Assembly (NCBI GenBank): GCA_051251855.1
Contig: JBPOGI010000002.1
Location: 736,001-800,000, forward strand
From: Roseibacillus sp.
GTDB taxonomy: Bacteria; Verrucomicrobiota; Verrucomicrobiia; Verrucomicrobiales; Akkermansiaceae
Length of the DNA stretch: 64,000 bases
Direction: 5' to 3'
Positions within the stretch are counted from its first letter, which is position 1. Each line of letters begins with the position of its first letter. This document shows, one piece after another, positions 18,795-28,525 of this stretch. The notes beneath the pieces are model-generated. The model did not search any database. It worked only from the letters and a program-made list of their open reading frames with translations, and was not told the DNA's origin. A program made the position numbers and the translations under genes.

Positions 18795-18989
18795 GAGAGG
18801 TGGCCTTGGTTGATCGTCACTTTGATGGGCACTATCTCCGACTGCGCTCCCCTCGGTGATGATGGCTCGAGGGAGCGAGTGTCTCTTATACGCGAGTGTG
18901 AATTTGGTCGTCTCGACTGGATGAGTAGGGCTTCTATCCAATTGGACTCAGACTCACTGACTAGAGGGCTGTGCTACTTGTTAAGTGAC

Positions 18990-19019
18990 AAAAAAACTCC
19001 GACGAATGAATCGTCGGAG
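18990..19019 (-). terminator. Rho-independent terminator after nrtB
   Basis: CTCCGACGA-ATGAA-TCGTCGGAG stem with adjacent A7 tract. Confidence 0.85.
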
Positions 19020-19051
19020 CTTTGAGAAGAGAAAAAACTTGAGACCTACGT

Positions 19052-20686
19052 CTAGGCGGTGGCGGAACCGTCATCGAAGGAGACGAGGCGTTGGAGTATA
19101 ATCATCAAGCGGTCGAGGAAGAATCCAATGACTCCTACCACGAAGCAGGCGAGGATGATGTTGGCAAAGGATTGTGAGGAGCCATTTTGATATTCGTCCC
19201 AGACATACTTGCCGAGTCCGTCGGATGAGGAAAGGGCTTCAGCGGCGATGAGGACCATCCAGCCCACTCCGAGTGAGATGCGCAGGCCGGCGAAGACAAG
19301 CGGAAGGGAGGAGGGAATGACGATTTTGAAAAGGCGGGACCAGAAGCCGAGCTTGAGAACCTTGGCGACATTGAGGTGGTCTTTATCGATGGCAGAAACG
19401 CCGAGCGCGGTGTTGACCAACGCAGGCCAGAGGGCGCACATAGCAACGGTGCAGGCCGAGAAGATCATGGCGGGGTTGGTTTGCAGAAAAGACAAGGGGT
19501 TGAGGGAGTCGTTCATGAAAACGAAGAGGGGATGGCTCGCTGGATCGGGGAGGAAAAAGGCGCCGACGATGATTTGGAAAATAAGGAGCCAAACGACCGG
19601 TGATACTGGGCGGAAGATTGAAATGAGAGGCGTCATGGAAGCCATGAAGATACGATTGAGTCCGCACATGATACCGAGAGGAATGGCTACGACAGCGGCA
19701 ATGAGGAACCCTACGAAGACGGTGGCGATAGAGCGCTTAGTCTGCCAAAAAATGGTAGCGGTGCGAGGGTAGGTTTGTTCGCTCGTGCTGGCAGCGCGTT
19801 CGCTGTTTTTGACGACAGACTTCGCTTCTTTGAGGGCTTCTTTTCCAGTAGCAGCGGCGGCGAGTTGCTGGGTGTCTTCTTTGGCCTTGGCGATGAGGGT
19901 TGCTTCTTTGACGCTGCGGTTTCCAGTAGTGAGAATGTCGATGAGCTTCTTGTAGTGCTGCACTTCGTCGGCTACCTTGTTCGTTGCGAGTTGAGATGAT
20001 TTGACCTCTTCAGGAGGGTTGTCTCGAATGAGGTCGAGCTCGTCTTTAAGCAGGGTTTCTGCATTTTTTTCCTTCTCTTCGAAGGCGGTGCTTTCTTTCA
20101 CGAGAGCGATGAGTTTTTCAGGGGATGCTTCCTTCAGCGCGACCTTTTCTGCGAGGGTTTCTAAGGCGAGGTCTCGAGCGTCTTCGGCGGCATTATTCTT
20201 CGCCTTGATGGCATCATAGCGAGCTTGCACGGGGGCGAGCTTGGCGTTCATTTCTTCCTTGGAGGAGGCTGCGATTTCGACTGCCTTTTTTTGGAGCTTG
20301 GCTTGCTCGGCTTCGAGGGTGATGAGTTCTTTCTTGGCGCGTTCGATTTCTTCCAACCGTGGCTTGCCAGTGAGGCCGAAGGCGTTCTCCTTCTCGTTCT
20401 CGCGCTCATTAAAACGTCGGGCGTCGTTGAACGCGGTGCTGACGGCAGCTGGACCGGGGACTTCGCCGGACTTGGTCTTCAGTTTAGTGATGACGGTGGC
20501 CCAGATGAAGATGAGAATGGAAACAAAGACGATAGGAACGACCATGTATTGGGCGATGTCTTTGACTTGTTTCTGAGGCTCCTCGCCAAAGAGGAGTCTA
20601 ACGGGCGGGTCGAGAACCTTAAAGCCGCTGACATCGATGACCTTGAGAATTCCGTATTTGATTTTGTCCTTGGGTGAGTCTGACAT
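19052..20686 (-). CDS. nrtB: Nitrate ABC transporter permease (NrtB-like) with long coiled-coil insert
   Basis: GEVPGP, IFRPVSPVVWL, LWPALVNTALGV, GLRISLGVGWMVLIAAE, GLGKYVWDEYQNG; start MSDSP (20686). Confidence 0.85.
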   Translation of the reverse strand: MSDSPKDKIKYGILKVIDVSGFKVLDPPVRLLFGEEPQKQVKDIAQYMVVPIVFVSILIFIWATVITKLKTKSGEVPGPAAVSTAFNDARRFNERENEKENAFGLTGKPRLEEIERAKKELITLEAEQAKLQKKAVEIAASSKEEMNAKLAPVQARYDAIKAKNNAAEDARDLALETLAEKVALKEASPEKLIALVKESTAFEEKEKNAETLLKDELDLIRDNPPEEVKSSQLATNKVADEVQHYKKLIDILTTGNRSVKEATLIAKAKEDTQQLAAAATGKEALKEAKSVVKNSERAASTSEQTYPRTATIFWQTKRSIATVFVGFLIAAVVAIPLGIMCGLNRIFMASMTPLISIFRPVSPVVWLLIFQIIVGAFFLPDPASHPLFVFMNDSLNPLSFLQTNPAMIFSACTVAMCALWPALVNTALGVSAIDKDHLNVAKVLKLGFWSRLFKIVIPSSLPLVFAGLRISLGVGWMVLIAAEALSSSDGLGKYVWDEYQNGSSQSFANIILACFVVGVIGFFLDRLMIILQRLVSFDDGSATA

Positions 20687-20713
20687 AGCGAAGCTGTGAG
20701 CTGGCCGAACTCT

Positions 20714-20730
20714 TGCAGCCCTCGGGCCAA
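20714..20730 (-). promoter_or_regulatory. sigma54-like -24/-12 element upstream of nrtB
   Basis: Minus strand TTGGCCCGAGGGCTGCA. Confidence 0.65.
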
Positions 20731-20777
20731 GTGGCGGAGTTGGGCTGAGAATTTTGAGAAGAGATGAACTCGACTCC

Positions 20778-20792
20778 ATGAATTTGATTCAT
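20778..20792. promoter_or_regulatory. LysR-type operator palindrome
   Basis: ATGAAT-TTG-ATTCAT, identical to the nirA copy. Confidence 0.75.
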
Positions 20793-20805
20793 GAATTTTT
20801 CCGTT

Positions 20806-21693
20806 TTACGGTTTTTGAATGATAATACGGAAGCCGATGTTGTAGCTACGGCTTTCGGGGCCAGAGCTGTAGCGGTAGGCTGACCGGCAGCTATTGGCGG
20901 TTCGGTTCCAAGTTCCCCCGCGAATATTTCTACCGTCACCTGTTTCGGGGCCTTGGGGATCGTTCCCGCCGCTGGCTTTCTCGGAATACCAGTCGGCACA
21001 CCATTCGTAGAGGTTGCCGTGCATGTCGTAGAGTCCCCATGCGTTGGGTTCGAAGCTTTTTACCTCGGTCGTTTTTTCGCGGTACTCGCCTTCTTCAGTG
21101 AGACCGTAGGGCTTCTTGCCATAGAAGTTTGCTTGTTCAGCGCTGAGGGTGTTACCGAATGAGAAGACGGTGCGCGTGCCTGCGCGGCAGGCGTATTCCC
21201 ATTGGGCTTCGGTGGGGAGGGTGTAGGCGAGTTCCTTTGGAAGAACTCCGGACTCGTGTTCAGTTTGGGTAAGGATCTTGGCAAAGGAGATGGCGTCTGA
21301 CCAGTTGACGAAGCTCATGGGTTGATTGGGTCCTATTGCTGAAGCTTCTGCGACCAAGTTAGCTCCGCGCCCGATAGGGCCTTCTTTGATGTCGATTTGC
21401 TGTTGGATGGTCTTTCCCATGACGGCGAGCCATTGTCCTTGCGTAATCTCGGATTCAGACATGAGGAAGTTCTGCGAAATTTTCACGGAGACTTCGTCTT
21501 CGTCGTTGCCACGGCCTTTTTCCGTTTCGGGGCTGCCCATTACAAATTCGCCGGCAGTGATGGGGAGCATTTTGAGGCCGATGCTGTTGTTGTAGGGTTC
21601 GGTGAGAAGTCTTTCGTCAGCAAGAGAAGTATGGGTGCCGAGAGCGAGGGTTACCACGGCGAGAAAGGGGAGGGGCCAGAGTTTTTGCTGCAT
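20806..21693 (-). CDS. Exported formylglycine-generating-enzyme (SUMF1/NirV/PvdO-like) domain protein
   Basis: Signal peptide, GEFVMGSP, LPTEAQWEYACRAG, PNAWGLYDMHGNLYEWC, RGGTW, IGFR. Confidence 0.85.
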   Translation of the reverse strand: MQQKLWPLPFLAVVTLALGTHTSLADERLLTEPYNNSIGLKMLPITAGEFVMGSPETEKGRGNDEDEVSVKISQNFLMSESEITQGQWLAVMGKTIQQQIDIKEGPIGRGANLVAEASAIGPNQPMSFVNWSDAISFAKILTQTEHESGVLPKELAYTLPTEAQWEYACRAGTRTVFSFGNTLSAEQANFYGKKPYGLTEEGEYREKTTEVKSFEPNAWGLYDMHGNLYEWCADWYSEKASGGNDPQGPETGDGRNIRGGTWNRTANSCRSAYRYSSGPESRSYNIGFRIIIQKP

Positions 21694-21707
21694 TATGGGA
21701 GGATGAG

Positions 21708-21724
21708 AGCAGAAAGAGAACCAA
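21708..21724 (-). promoter_or_regulatory. sigma54-like -24/-12 element upstream of the FGE-domain gene
   Basis: Minus strand TTGGTTCTCTTTCTGCT; only a half-site (TTG-ATTCAC at 21743-21751) of the LysR box nearby. Confidence 0.5.
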
Positions 21725-21778
21725 GGAGCACGAAGGCAGCTTTTGATTCACGAGTGGAATTACTTTAAACTATGAAAC

Positions 21779-21812
21779 AAAAAGACCGTCTGGAGATGAA
21801 CTCCAGACGGTC
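21779..21812 (-). terminator. Rho-independent terminator after nrtA
   Basis: GACCGTCTGGAG-ATGAA-CTCCAGACGGTC 12-bp perfect stem with adjacent A-tract. Confidence 0.85.
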
Positions 21813-21837
21813 AAATAACCAGGATAAGTTGTTTCGA

Positions 21838-23199
<1,362 letters not shown>

Positions 23200-23206
23200 T
23201 GTTTGG

Positions 23207-24283
23207 TTAGTTTTCTTTGACTCCTGGAACGGAGGTTGAGAGTTGTTCTTGGGCTTGCTCGAAGAGGTCCATGCGGAAGATGAAGTCGTTGGGGAGCTGT
23301 TGCCCTTTTCTAAGAAGTCCCGAGAGGCGGACTCCTTCGCGCAGCCACGAAGCTGTCTTGCTAGTGGGAGCGTTGACTTCCTTGTCGTGAAAGATGTGAA
23401 AGTCGGGAAAGGACTTTTCGGGGTTTCCACTGGTGGCAGGAAGGCGACCCAAGAGGCTGAAGGGGAGGGAATCTTGGATAAGGTTCATTCCGGGTTCGGC
23501 TGAGAGGTAAGTGAGAACTTCGTTGTGATTGCTTGGATTCTGGCAATACTGGCAGGCTTCCAAGAGGGCGCTAGTGAGGGATCGGAGCTCGTTAGGATGG
23601 CTTTCAGCAAAGCTGAGAGTGGCAGCGAGTACTTTCTCGGGGTGGCCGTTAGAGAGTTCTATCGAGTTGGAAACGCACCAGCCGATTCCTTGCATCATGG
23701 CCACCGAGTTCCAAGGTTCGCCCACACAGCAGCCGTCAATATGACCGTGGGAAAGACTACGAATCATGATTTCTGGTGGAAGAGAAATGATTTCGACGAA
23801 GGGGTGTTTTGCAATTCCATTTCGCTTGAGCCACAGGAGAAGGAGCGAGTGATGTGAAGAGCAGGGATGCACGGAGGCGAGGGTGAGGGGGGACTCCTTG
23901 CTGTAGTTTTCTTCGATGAAAGCTAGGAATTCTCCAGGCTTATCGAACATGTCACGGGGAATCTTATTAGAGAGGGTAAGGCCGTTACCGTTGGCGCTAA
24001 GCACGAGGGGAACGACCATTTCTTTGGGGATTGTGCCGACGCCGTGATGGATGGCGAGGGCGAGAGGTCCGAGGCATTGGGCTGCGTCGAGCTCGGCGTG
24101 AACGAGTTTTTCGCGAACGGTGGCCCAGCCTGGCTCTTGGGAGGTGACAACGTTGACACCATGCTTTGCAAAGAGTCCCTTCTCTCGAGCAACGATGATC
24201 GGAGCGCAGTCAATGAGGGGGATATACCCCAATCGGATTGGCTGGTTAGTGATTGTGAGAAGGTTGGAATCAGGTGAAACCAT
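23207..24283 (-). CDS. Cytoplasmic NrtA-paralogue (NasS-like nitrate/nitrite sensor)
   Basis: [31 protein letters not shown]; no signal peptide. Confidence 0.75.
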   Translation of the reverse strand: MVSPDSNLLTITNQPIRLGYIPLIDCAPIIVAREKGLFAKHGVNVVTSQEPGWATVREKLVHAELDAAQCLGPLALAIHHGVGTIPKEMVVPLVLSANGNGLTLSNKIPRDMFDKPGEFLAFIEENYSKESPLTLASVHPCSSHHSLLLLWLKRNGIAKHPFVEIISLPPEIMIRSLSHGHIDGCCVGEPWNSVAMMQGIGWCVSNSIELSNGHPEKVLAATLSFAESHPNELRSLTSALLEACQYCQNPSNHNEVLTYLSAEPGMNLIQDSLPFSLLGRLPATSGNPEKSFPDFHIFHDKEVNAPTSKTASWLREGVRLSGLLRKGQQLPNDFIFRMDLFEQAQEQLSTSVPGVKEN

Positions 24284-24294
24284 GCCGTTCTCTC

Positions 24295-24311
24295 AGCCGG
24301 AGTCGTGCCAA
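24295..24311 (-). promoter_or_regulatory. sigma54-like -24/-12 element upstream of the NasS-like/nrtA operon
   Basis: Minus strand TTGGCACGACTCCGGCT, containing the canonical TGGCACG. Confidence 0.7.
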
Positions 24312-24359
24312 ATGGCAAAAATGGCATATTTGGTGCTATGGGAAAGTATCTCAACAATG

Positions 24360-24374
24360 ATGAACCCCATTCAT
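24360..24374. promoter_or_regulatory. LysR-type operator palindrome overlapping the LysR start codon
   Basis: ATGAAC-CCC-ATTCAT in the divergent intergenic region; position typical of LysR autoregulation. Confidence 0.7.
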
Positions 24375-25332
24375 GTACCGTGAATTACCAGACCTGCGCC
24401 AAGTAAGAGCCTTTGTGGCGCTTGCAGATACCCAGTCCTTTACGCGGGCGGCTGAGACTTTATTTTTGACGCAGTCGGCGGTAAGCCATTCGATTCGCAG
24501 TCTTGAGCAGCAACTGGAGGTTCAGTTGGTGGAACGTTCGGGCAAGAAAATTGCTCTCACGCAGGACGGAGTTGTTTTTCTTCGACGTTGTCGTTCAGTG
24601 ATTAGCGAGTTGGAGCAAGCCACCCAAGAAATGGAGGCGCTTAAGCGTTGGGGCCAAGGCAGAATTCGATTAGGGGCGACCCACACGCTTTGCCAGTATC
24701 TCTTGCCGACAGTGCTGCGGGAGTTTCGCGATTGTTTTCCACGTTGTGAAGTTCACATCGAGTCGGGCGACACGGCGGAACTCATGCAAAAGCTTGAGGA
24801 TGCTCAGCTCGATTTGGTTTTGGGGTTAGGTGGTCGCACACCCAACTGGGCCGCTTTTCTCCCCGTGTTCGATGATGAGCTGGTTTTCGTGGTGTCCGCG
24901 CAGCACCCTTGGGCGAACAAAGTAGAGATTCCTTTGGAGGAAATTGGCAGCGAGTCTTTTCTAATTTATGCGAAGAAGAGTGAGACCTATCGGCTCATTC
25001 GCAATCACTTCGAGGGTCTTGGCGTCAAGCTAAGGACCACGCTCAACCTAGGTGCGATGGAGGCCATTAAAGAAATGGCACGTATTGGAATTGGGGTTGG
25101 GATCGTTTCGCCTTGGGTGGCTCGAAAGGAATTGGAGCGAGGTCAACTCGTGCAGGTTCCCATTCGAAAGGAGCCTCTCACCAGGGAGTGGGGGGTCTTT
25201 TGTCACGAGAGTAAGAAGCTTTCATTGGTCGAAGATACTTTCGTGGGAATCTGTGAGGTGACGGCTCGGACCTTCAATGCTTCACCAACGGCCCCAACTG
25301 AAAAAGCCGTCGACCTTGCGGCGACGGCTTAG
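24373..25332 (+). CDS. LysR-family transcriptional regulator
   Basis: HTH SFTRAAETLFLTQSAVSHSIRSLE, substrate-binding domain, EAIKEMARIGIGV. Confidence 0.95.
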   Translation: MYRELPDLRQVRAFVALADTQSFTRAAETLFLTQSAVSHSIRSLEQQLEVQLVERSGKKIALTQDGVVFLRRCRSVISELEQATQEMEALKRWGQGRIRLGATHTLCQYLLPTVLREFRDCFPRCEVHIESGDTAELMQKLEDAQLDLVLGLGGRTPNWAAFLPVFDDELVFVVSAQHPWANKVEIPLEEIGSESFLIYAKKSETYRLIRNHFEGLGVKLRTTLNLGAMEAIKEMARIGIGVGIVSPWVARKELERGQLVQVPIRKEPLTREWGVFCHESKKLSLVEDTFVGICEVTARTFNASPTAPTEKAVDLAATA

Positions 25333-25355
25333 AGTCAGTTGTTAGAGGAGGTTTC

Positions 25356-26642
25356 TTAGAACTTGTAAGAGAGGTCGACAGTGACTTGCTTGATATCAGC
25401 ATAGGCGCTGCTCTCGTCTCCGAAGAAGTAGGCCGCTTTGATGAGACCTGACAGGTTGTCAGTGAATTTCTTCGCCAAGATGAGGTCTGCTTCGTAGCCG
25501 TATGTTGCGCTGAAGCTGTCATCGGCAAAGTAGTGAAGGAAGCCTTTGAGAGTGACGCCTCCAGGAAGCCCGGGCTGCACGAGGCCTAGATATACATCTG
25601 AAAGACCTTCGTAAGTTCCTCCAGGTCCATTGCGAAGTCCAATGCGGTCGAGGATGAACGCATCCGCAAATCCGTTGTAGGCGTGAACGGTCGCGAAGGG
25701 GGTTTTGAAGTCGTCTTCAAGATACTCAAGTCCGGCAATGAGGGAGGTTTTACCCACTTTATGGGTATATTTTACGTGCCCGTAGAAGGCTTCGTAATCA
25801 CCTCCAACTGTGCTGGTCCCGTCTTGAAAAGCTATTTCTCCATAGAGCCCACCGATTGTTGCGAAGGCACCGTAGGTGTTGCTCTCGCCGACGTTGGTGT
25901 TGTTGTCGACGTCAATGAGATATGCGTATCCACCGACGGTTCCAAAGTCAGCGTTGTAGGTGCCGTCAATGAAGTGGAAGTCACCCTCGAAATCATGGAG
26001 AGGAGGTCCGGGCAGAGCGTCATTGGCATCATTTCCGAAGATACGTTGCACGCGATTGGAGTAGGCATATGAGAGCGAGAAGTCGTCGTTCTTGTAGGCG
26101 ATTTGGGCTGCGTCGAAGGTCTGTTCGTTCTGACGCCAGCCGACGTTACCAATGAAAGCGGCGCTGTTGCGAATGATGCGTTGGCGTCCTACTTTGGCGA
26201 GAAAGCCATCTTGCTTGTATTGAACCCACGCACGGTTGAGTTCTGCGTTCTGAGGGTCGCCGATGGGGGTGTTACCTGATACGTAAGGGTAAGTTGACCG
26301 ACTGAATGGATTGCCGCTAGGAAGAGGGTTACTGGAGTAATCAGCCACTCCTGCGCCGGTGAACTCTCCTTCGGCGAAGGCGCTGAATCCGCCGAAGTCG
26401 CCGAGAAGGAGGCCAACTCGTGCCCTAGCGGTGAGAGCGTTTGAGGGGTCGAGGCCGTCAACTTCGCGGAACTCATACCGAGTATTGAGATTGACGCTTG
26501 GGGTAAGCCATTTGAAGGCATCCGGTTCGGAAGCTACGACAGGCTGCTCAGGAATATCGACGAAAGTCTCGCCTGCAAAAGCTGGAGAAGAGAGGCTAAG
26601 CGCAAGAGTGCAGCGACAAATATATGGATGGATAGTTTTCAT
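25356..26642 (-). CDS. Alginate-export-family outer-membrane beta-barrel (putative nitrate/nitrite porin)
   Basis: Signal peptide, RYE, ELNRAWVQY, KVGRQRI, FIGNVGWRQNEQTFDA, TPFATVHAYNGFAD, C-terminal YKF; start MKTIH. Confidence 0.8.
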   Translation of the reverse strand: MKTIHPYICRCTLALSLSSPAFAGETFVDIPEQPVVASEPDAFKWLTPSVNLNTRYEFREVDGLDPSNALTARARVGLLLGDFGGFSAFAEGEFTGAGVADYSSNPLPSGNPFSRSTYPYVSGNTPIGDPQNAELNRAWVQYKQDGFLAKVGRQRIIRNSAAFIGNVGWRQNEQTFDAAQIAYKNDDFSLSYAYSNRVQRIFGNDANDALPGPPLHDFEGDFHFIDGTYNADFGTVGGYAYLIDVDNNTNVGESNTYGAFATIGGLYGEIAFQDGTSTVGGDYEAFYGHVKYTHKVGKTSLIAGLEYLEDDFKTPFATVHAYNGFADAFILDRIGLRNGPGGTYEGLSDVYLGLVQPGLPGGVTLKGFLHYFADDSFSATYGYEADLILAKKFTDNLSGLIKAAYFFGDESSAYADIKQVTVDLSYKF

Positions 26643-26662
26643 ATGATGGTCCGAGAACAGGA

Positions 26663-26679
26663 AGCGTTTGCGGTGCCAT
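26663..26679 (-). promoter_or_regulatory. sigma54-like -24/-12 element upstream of the porin
   Basis: Minus strand ATGGCACCGCAAACGCT. Confidence 0.65.
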
Positions 26680-26727
26680 CGAGGTGAAGAAGAGTGTTGG
26701 TGACGGGTAAAGTGTTTCCATCGACTC

Positions 26728-26742
26728 ATGATTTTGATTCAT
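26728..26742. promoter_or_regulatory. LysR-type operator palindrome (variant)
   Basis: ATGATT-TTG-ATTCAT. Confidence 0.7.
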
Positions 26743-26803
26743 GAGCTGACAACTAGCTCTTGGATTCGGGGGCTGACGAGGTGTCAGGGGTACGAATTTT
26801 GCC

Positions 26804-28276
26804 CTAGTTGAGACGGAGCGCGAAGTAGGAGGTGCGTCCGTCAGCGTAGATGTAGAGGAGGTTGTTGCCCTTGTCGATGAGGAGCCCTTTGGCTTGGGCG
26901 AGAGAGTCAATAGATTGGCGGTTGATCTCTAATACAACTTGTCCTGGCTGGAGATGGCGAGCGAACGGGGAGTCGGGTGCGGTCTCGGTAATGAGGAGTC
27001 CCGAGACTTCGCGAGGGATGTCGTACGTTTTGCGGTGCTCATTATTGAGAGTGGTGGCGGTGACTCCTTCGACGAAGGCGTTGCCTGCGATGAGGTCACC
27101 AGCAGGATCGGCGACTTTGACCTCGAAGGTCATTTCTTTGGTCTCGCGCAGGGCGATGATGCTCACGGAGTCTCCAGGGGAGGTGGTGGATACTTCGAGG
27201 CGGAGGTCATTGGGGTCGTCGACGCGGCGGTCGTTGACTTGGATGATAATGTCTCCGTGACTGAGGCCTGCTTCTTTAGCGGGATATCCATCGACGACCT
27301 CCTCAATGAGAACACCCTTGGTTCCCAATACACCCATAGCTTCGGCGACTTGTGGGTCGAGGGGGCTCATGCGAATACCGATGAGGCCGCGTTTCACTTC
27401 GCCAGTCTCGGTGAGTTGGGTGGCTGTTTGGATGGCAAGGTCTGAGGGGATGGCAAACCCAAGGCCGATGGAGCCGCCGGAGGTGGACTTGATGGCGGAG
27501 TTGATTCCAATAAGGCGGCCTTCGATATCAACGAGGGCGCCACCGGAGTTGCCTTGGTTGATGGCAGCGTCAGTTTGGATAAAGTCCTCGTAGCCGTCGT
27601 TGCCATAGATGCCGATGGAGCGTTCGGTGGCGGAAATGATACCGGAGGTGACGGTCAGGCCGACGCCGAGGGGGTTGCCGATTGCGAAGACAATGTCGCC
27701 GACCATGATTTCGTCGCTGTCGGCGACTTTGATGAAAGGGAGGTCGGTGGCGTCGACTTTGATGACGGCGATGTCGGTCTTGGGGTCGCGGCCGATGAGC
27801 TTGGCTTCGAGTTCGGTGTCGTCGCTGAGGCGGACGAGGATCTCGTCAGCGTCTCCTCCGCGTCGGTCTTGTACAACGTGGTTGTTGGTGAGAATATAGC
27901 CATCCGCGCTGATGATGACGCCTGAGCCAACTCCTTGGGGGACTTTTTGCTCTTGGAGAGGCTCTTGTCCTTGAGAGGAAGGAGGCCGAATACCGAAGAG
28001 TTGGCGTAGGATTTCGTCTTGTCGGGAGCCGGAGCGACGAGCGTACTGCACGACCTCGGAGGTGTGAACTGAGACGACAGACTGACGGGCATCCGCGAGC
28101 ATGGGGGCGTAGCTGGTAGGCTGGGCGCCGCCGGTGCGTTCGATGGGGCGGCTGTCGGTTTCGATGGCGAGAGGGGCGGACGGGGGGGCTTCCTTTTCTT
28201 GAGCGACCAGATAGCCAGTGATGGCAGCGAGCGCGGTAGCGGCAAAGGGGAGGAGAATACGAACAGGTTTCTTCAT
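26804..28276 (-). CDS. HtrA/DegP-family serine protease with PDZ domains
   Basis: GSGVII, TNNHVV, TDIAV, IQTDAAINQGNSGGAL, two PDZ-like regions. Confidence 0.95.
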   Translation of the reverse strand: MKKPVRILLPFAATALAAITGYLVAQEKEAPPSAPLAIETDSRPIERTGGAQPTSYAPMLADARQSVVSVHTSEVVQYARRSGSRQDEILRQLFGIRPPSSQGQEPLQEQKVPQGVGSGVIISADGYILTNNHVVQDRRGGDADEILVRLSDDTELEAKLIGRDPKTDIAVIKVDATDLPFIKVADSDEIMVGDIVFAIGNPLGVGLTVTSGIISATERSIGIYGNDGYEDFIQTDAAINQGNSGGALVDIEGRLIGINSAIKSTSGGSIGLGFAIPSDLAIQTATQLTETGEVKRGLIGIRMSPLDPQVAEAMGVLGTKGVLIEEVVDGYPAKEAGLSHGDIIIQVNDRRVDDPNDLRLEVSTTSPGDSVSIIALRETKEMTFEVKVADPAGDLIAGNAFVEGVTATTLNNEHRKTYDIPREVSGLLITETAPDSPFARHLQPGQVVLEINRQSIDSLAQAKGLLIDKGNNLLYIYADGRTSYFALRLN

Positions 28277-28452
28277 GATGTTATGTTGAGAGAATCGTTG
28301 AATGGGACGAAATTTGTTTGGGAAAAAATCACTTAATTTGAAGAGCGGTCAAATGGATTTTGTTACTTGCAAAGAGTTGGTTTTGAGGGGGTGGAGGGGT
28401 TGTCTGACATGGGAGAGGGGATGCCGTGGTTCTGGTTGGACGGGGCTGGAGG

Positions 28453-28469
28453 CCAGGCAGGATGCCTGG
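28453..28469. repeat. REP-like palindrome
   Basis: CCAGGC-AGGAT-GCCTGG, intergenic; followed by a second inverted repeat CGCAGCCC...GGGCTGCG. Confidence 0.4.
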
Positions 28470-28525
28470 GATGACCTTCGCAGCCCAGAGGGCAGCGCCA
28501 CGGGTGGAGGGCTGCGGGGCGTGGG

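Noticed and set aside
18780..19025. 81-aa plus-strand ORF in the nrtB-oxidoreductase gap
   Set aside because: Overlaps an operator and a terminator; no protein-like features.
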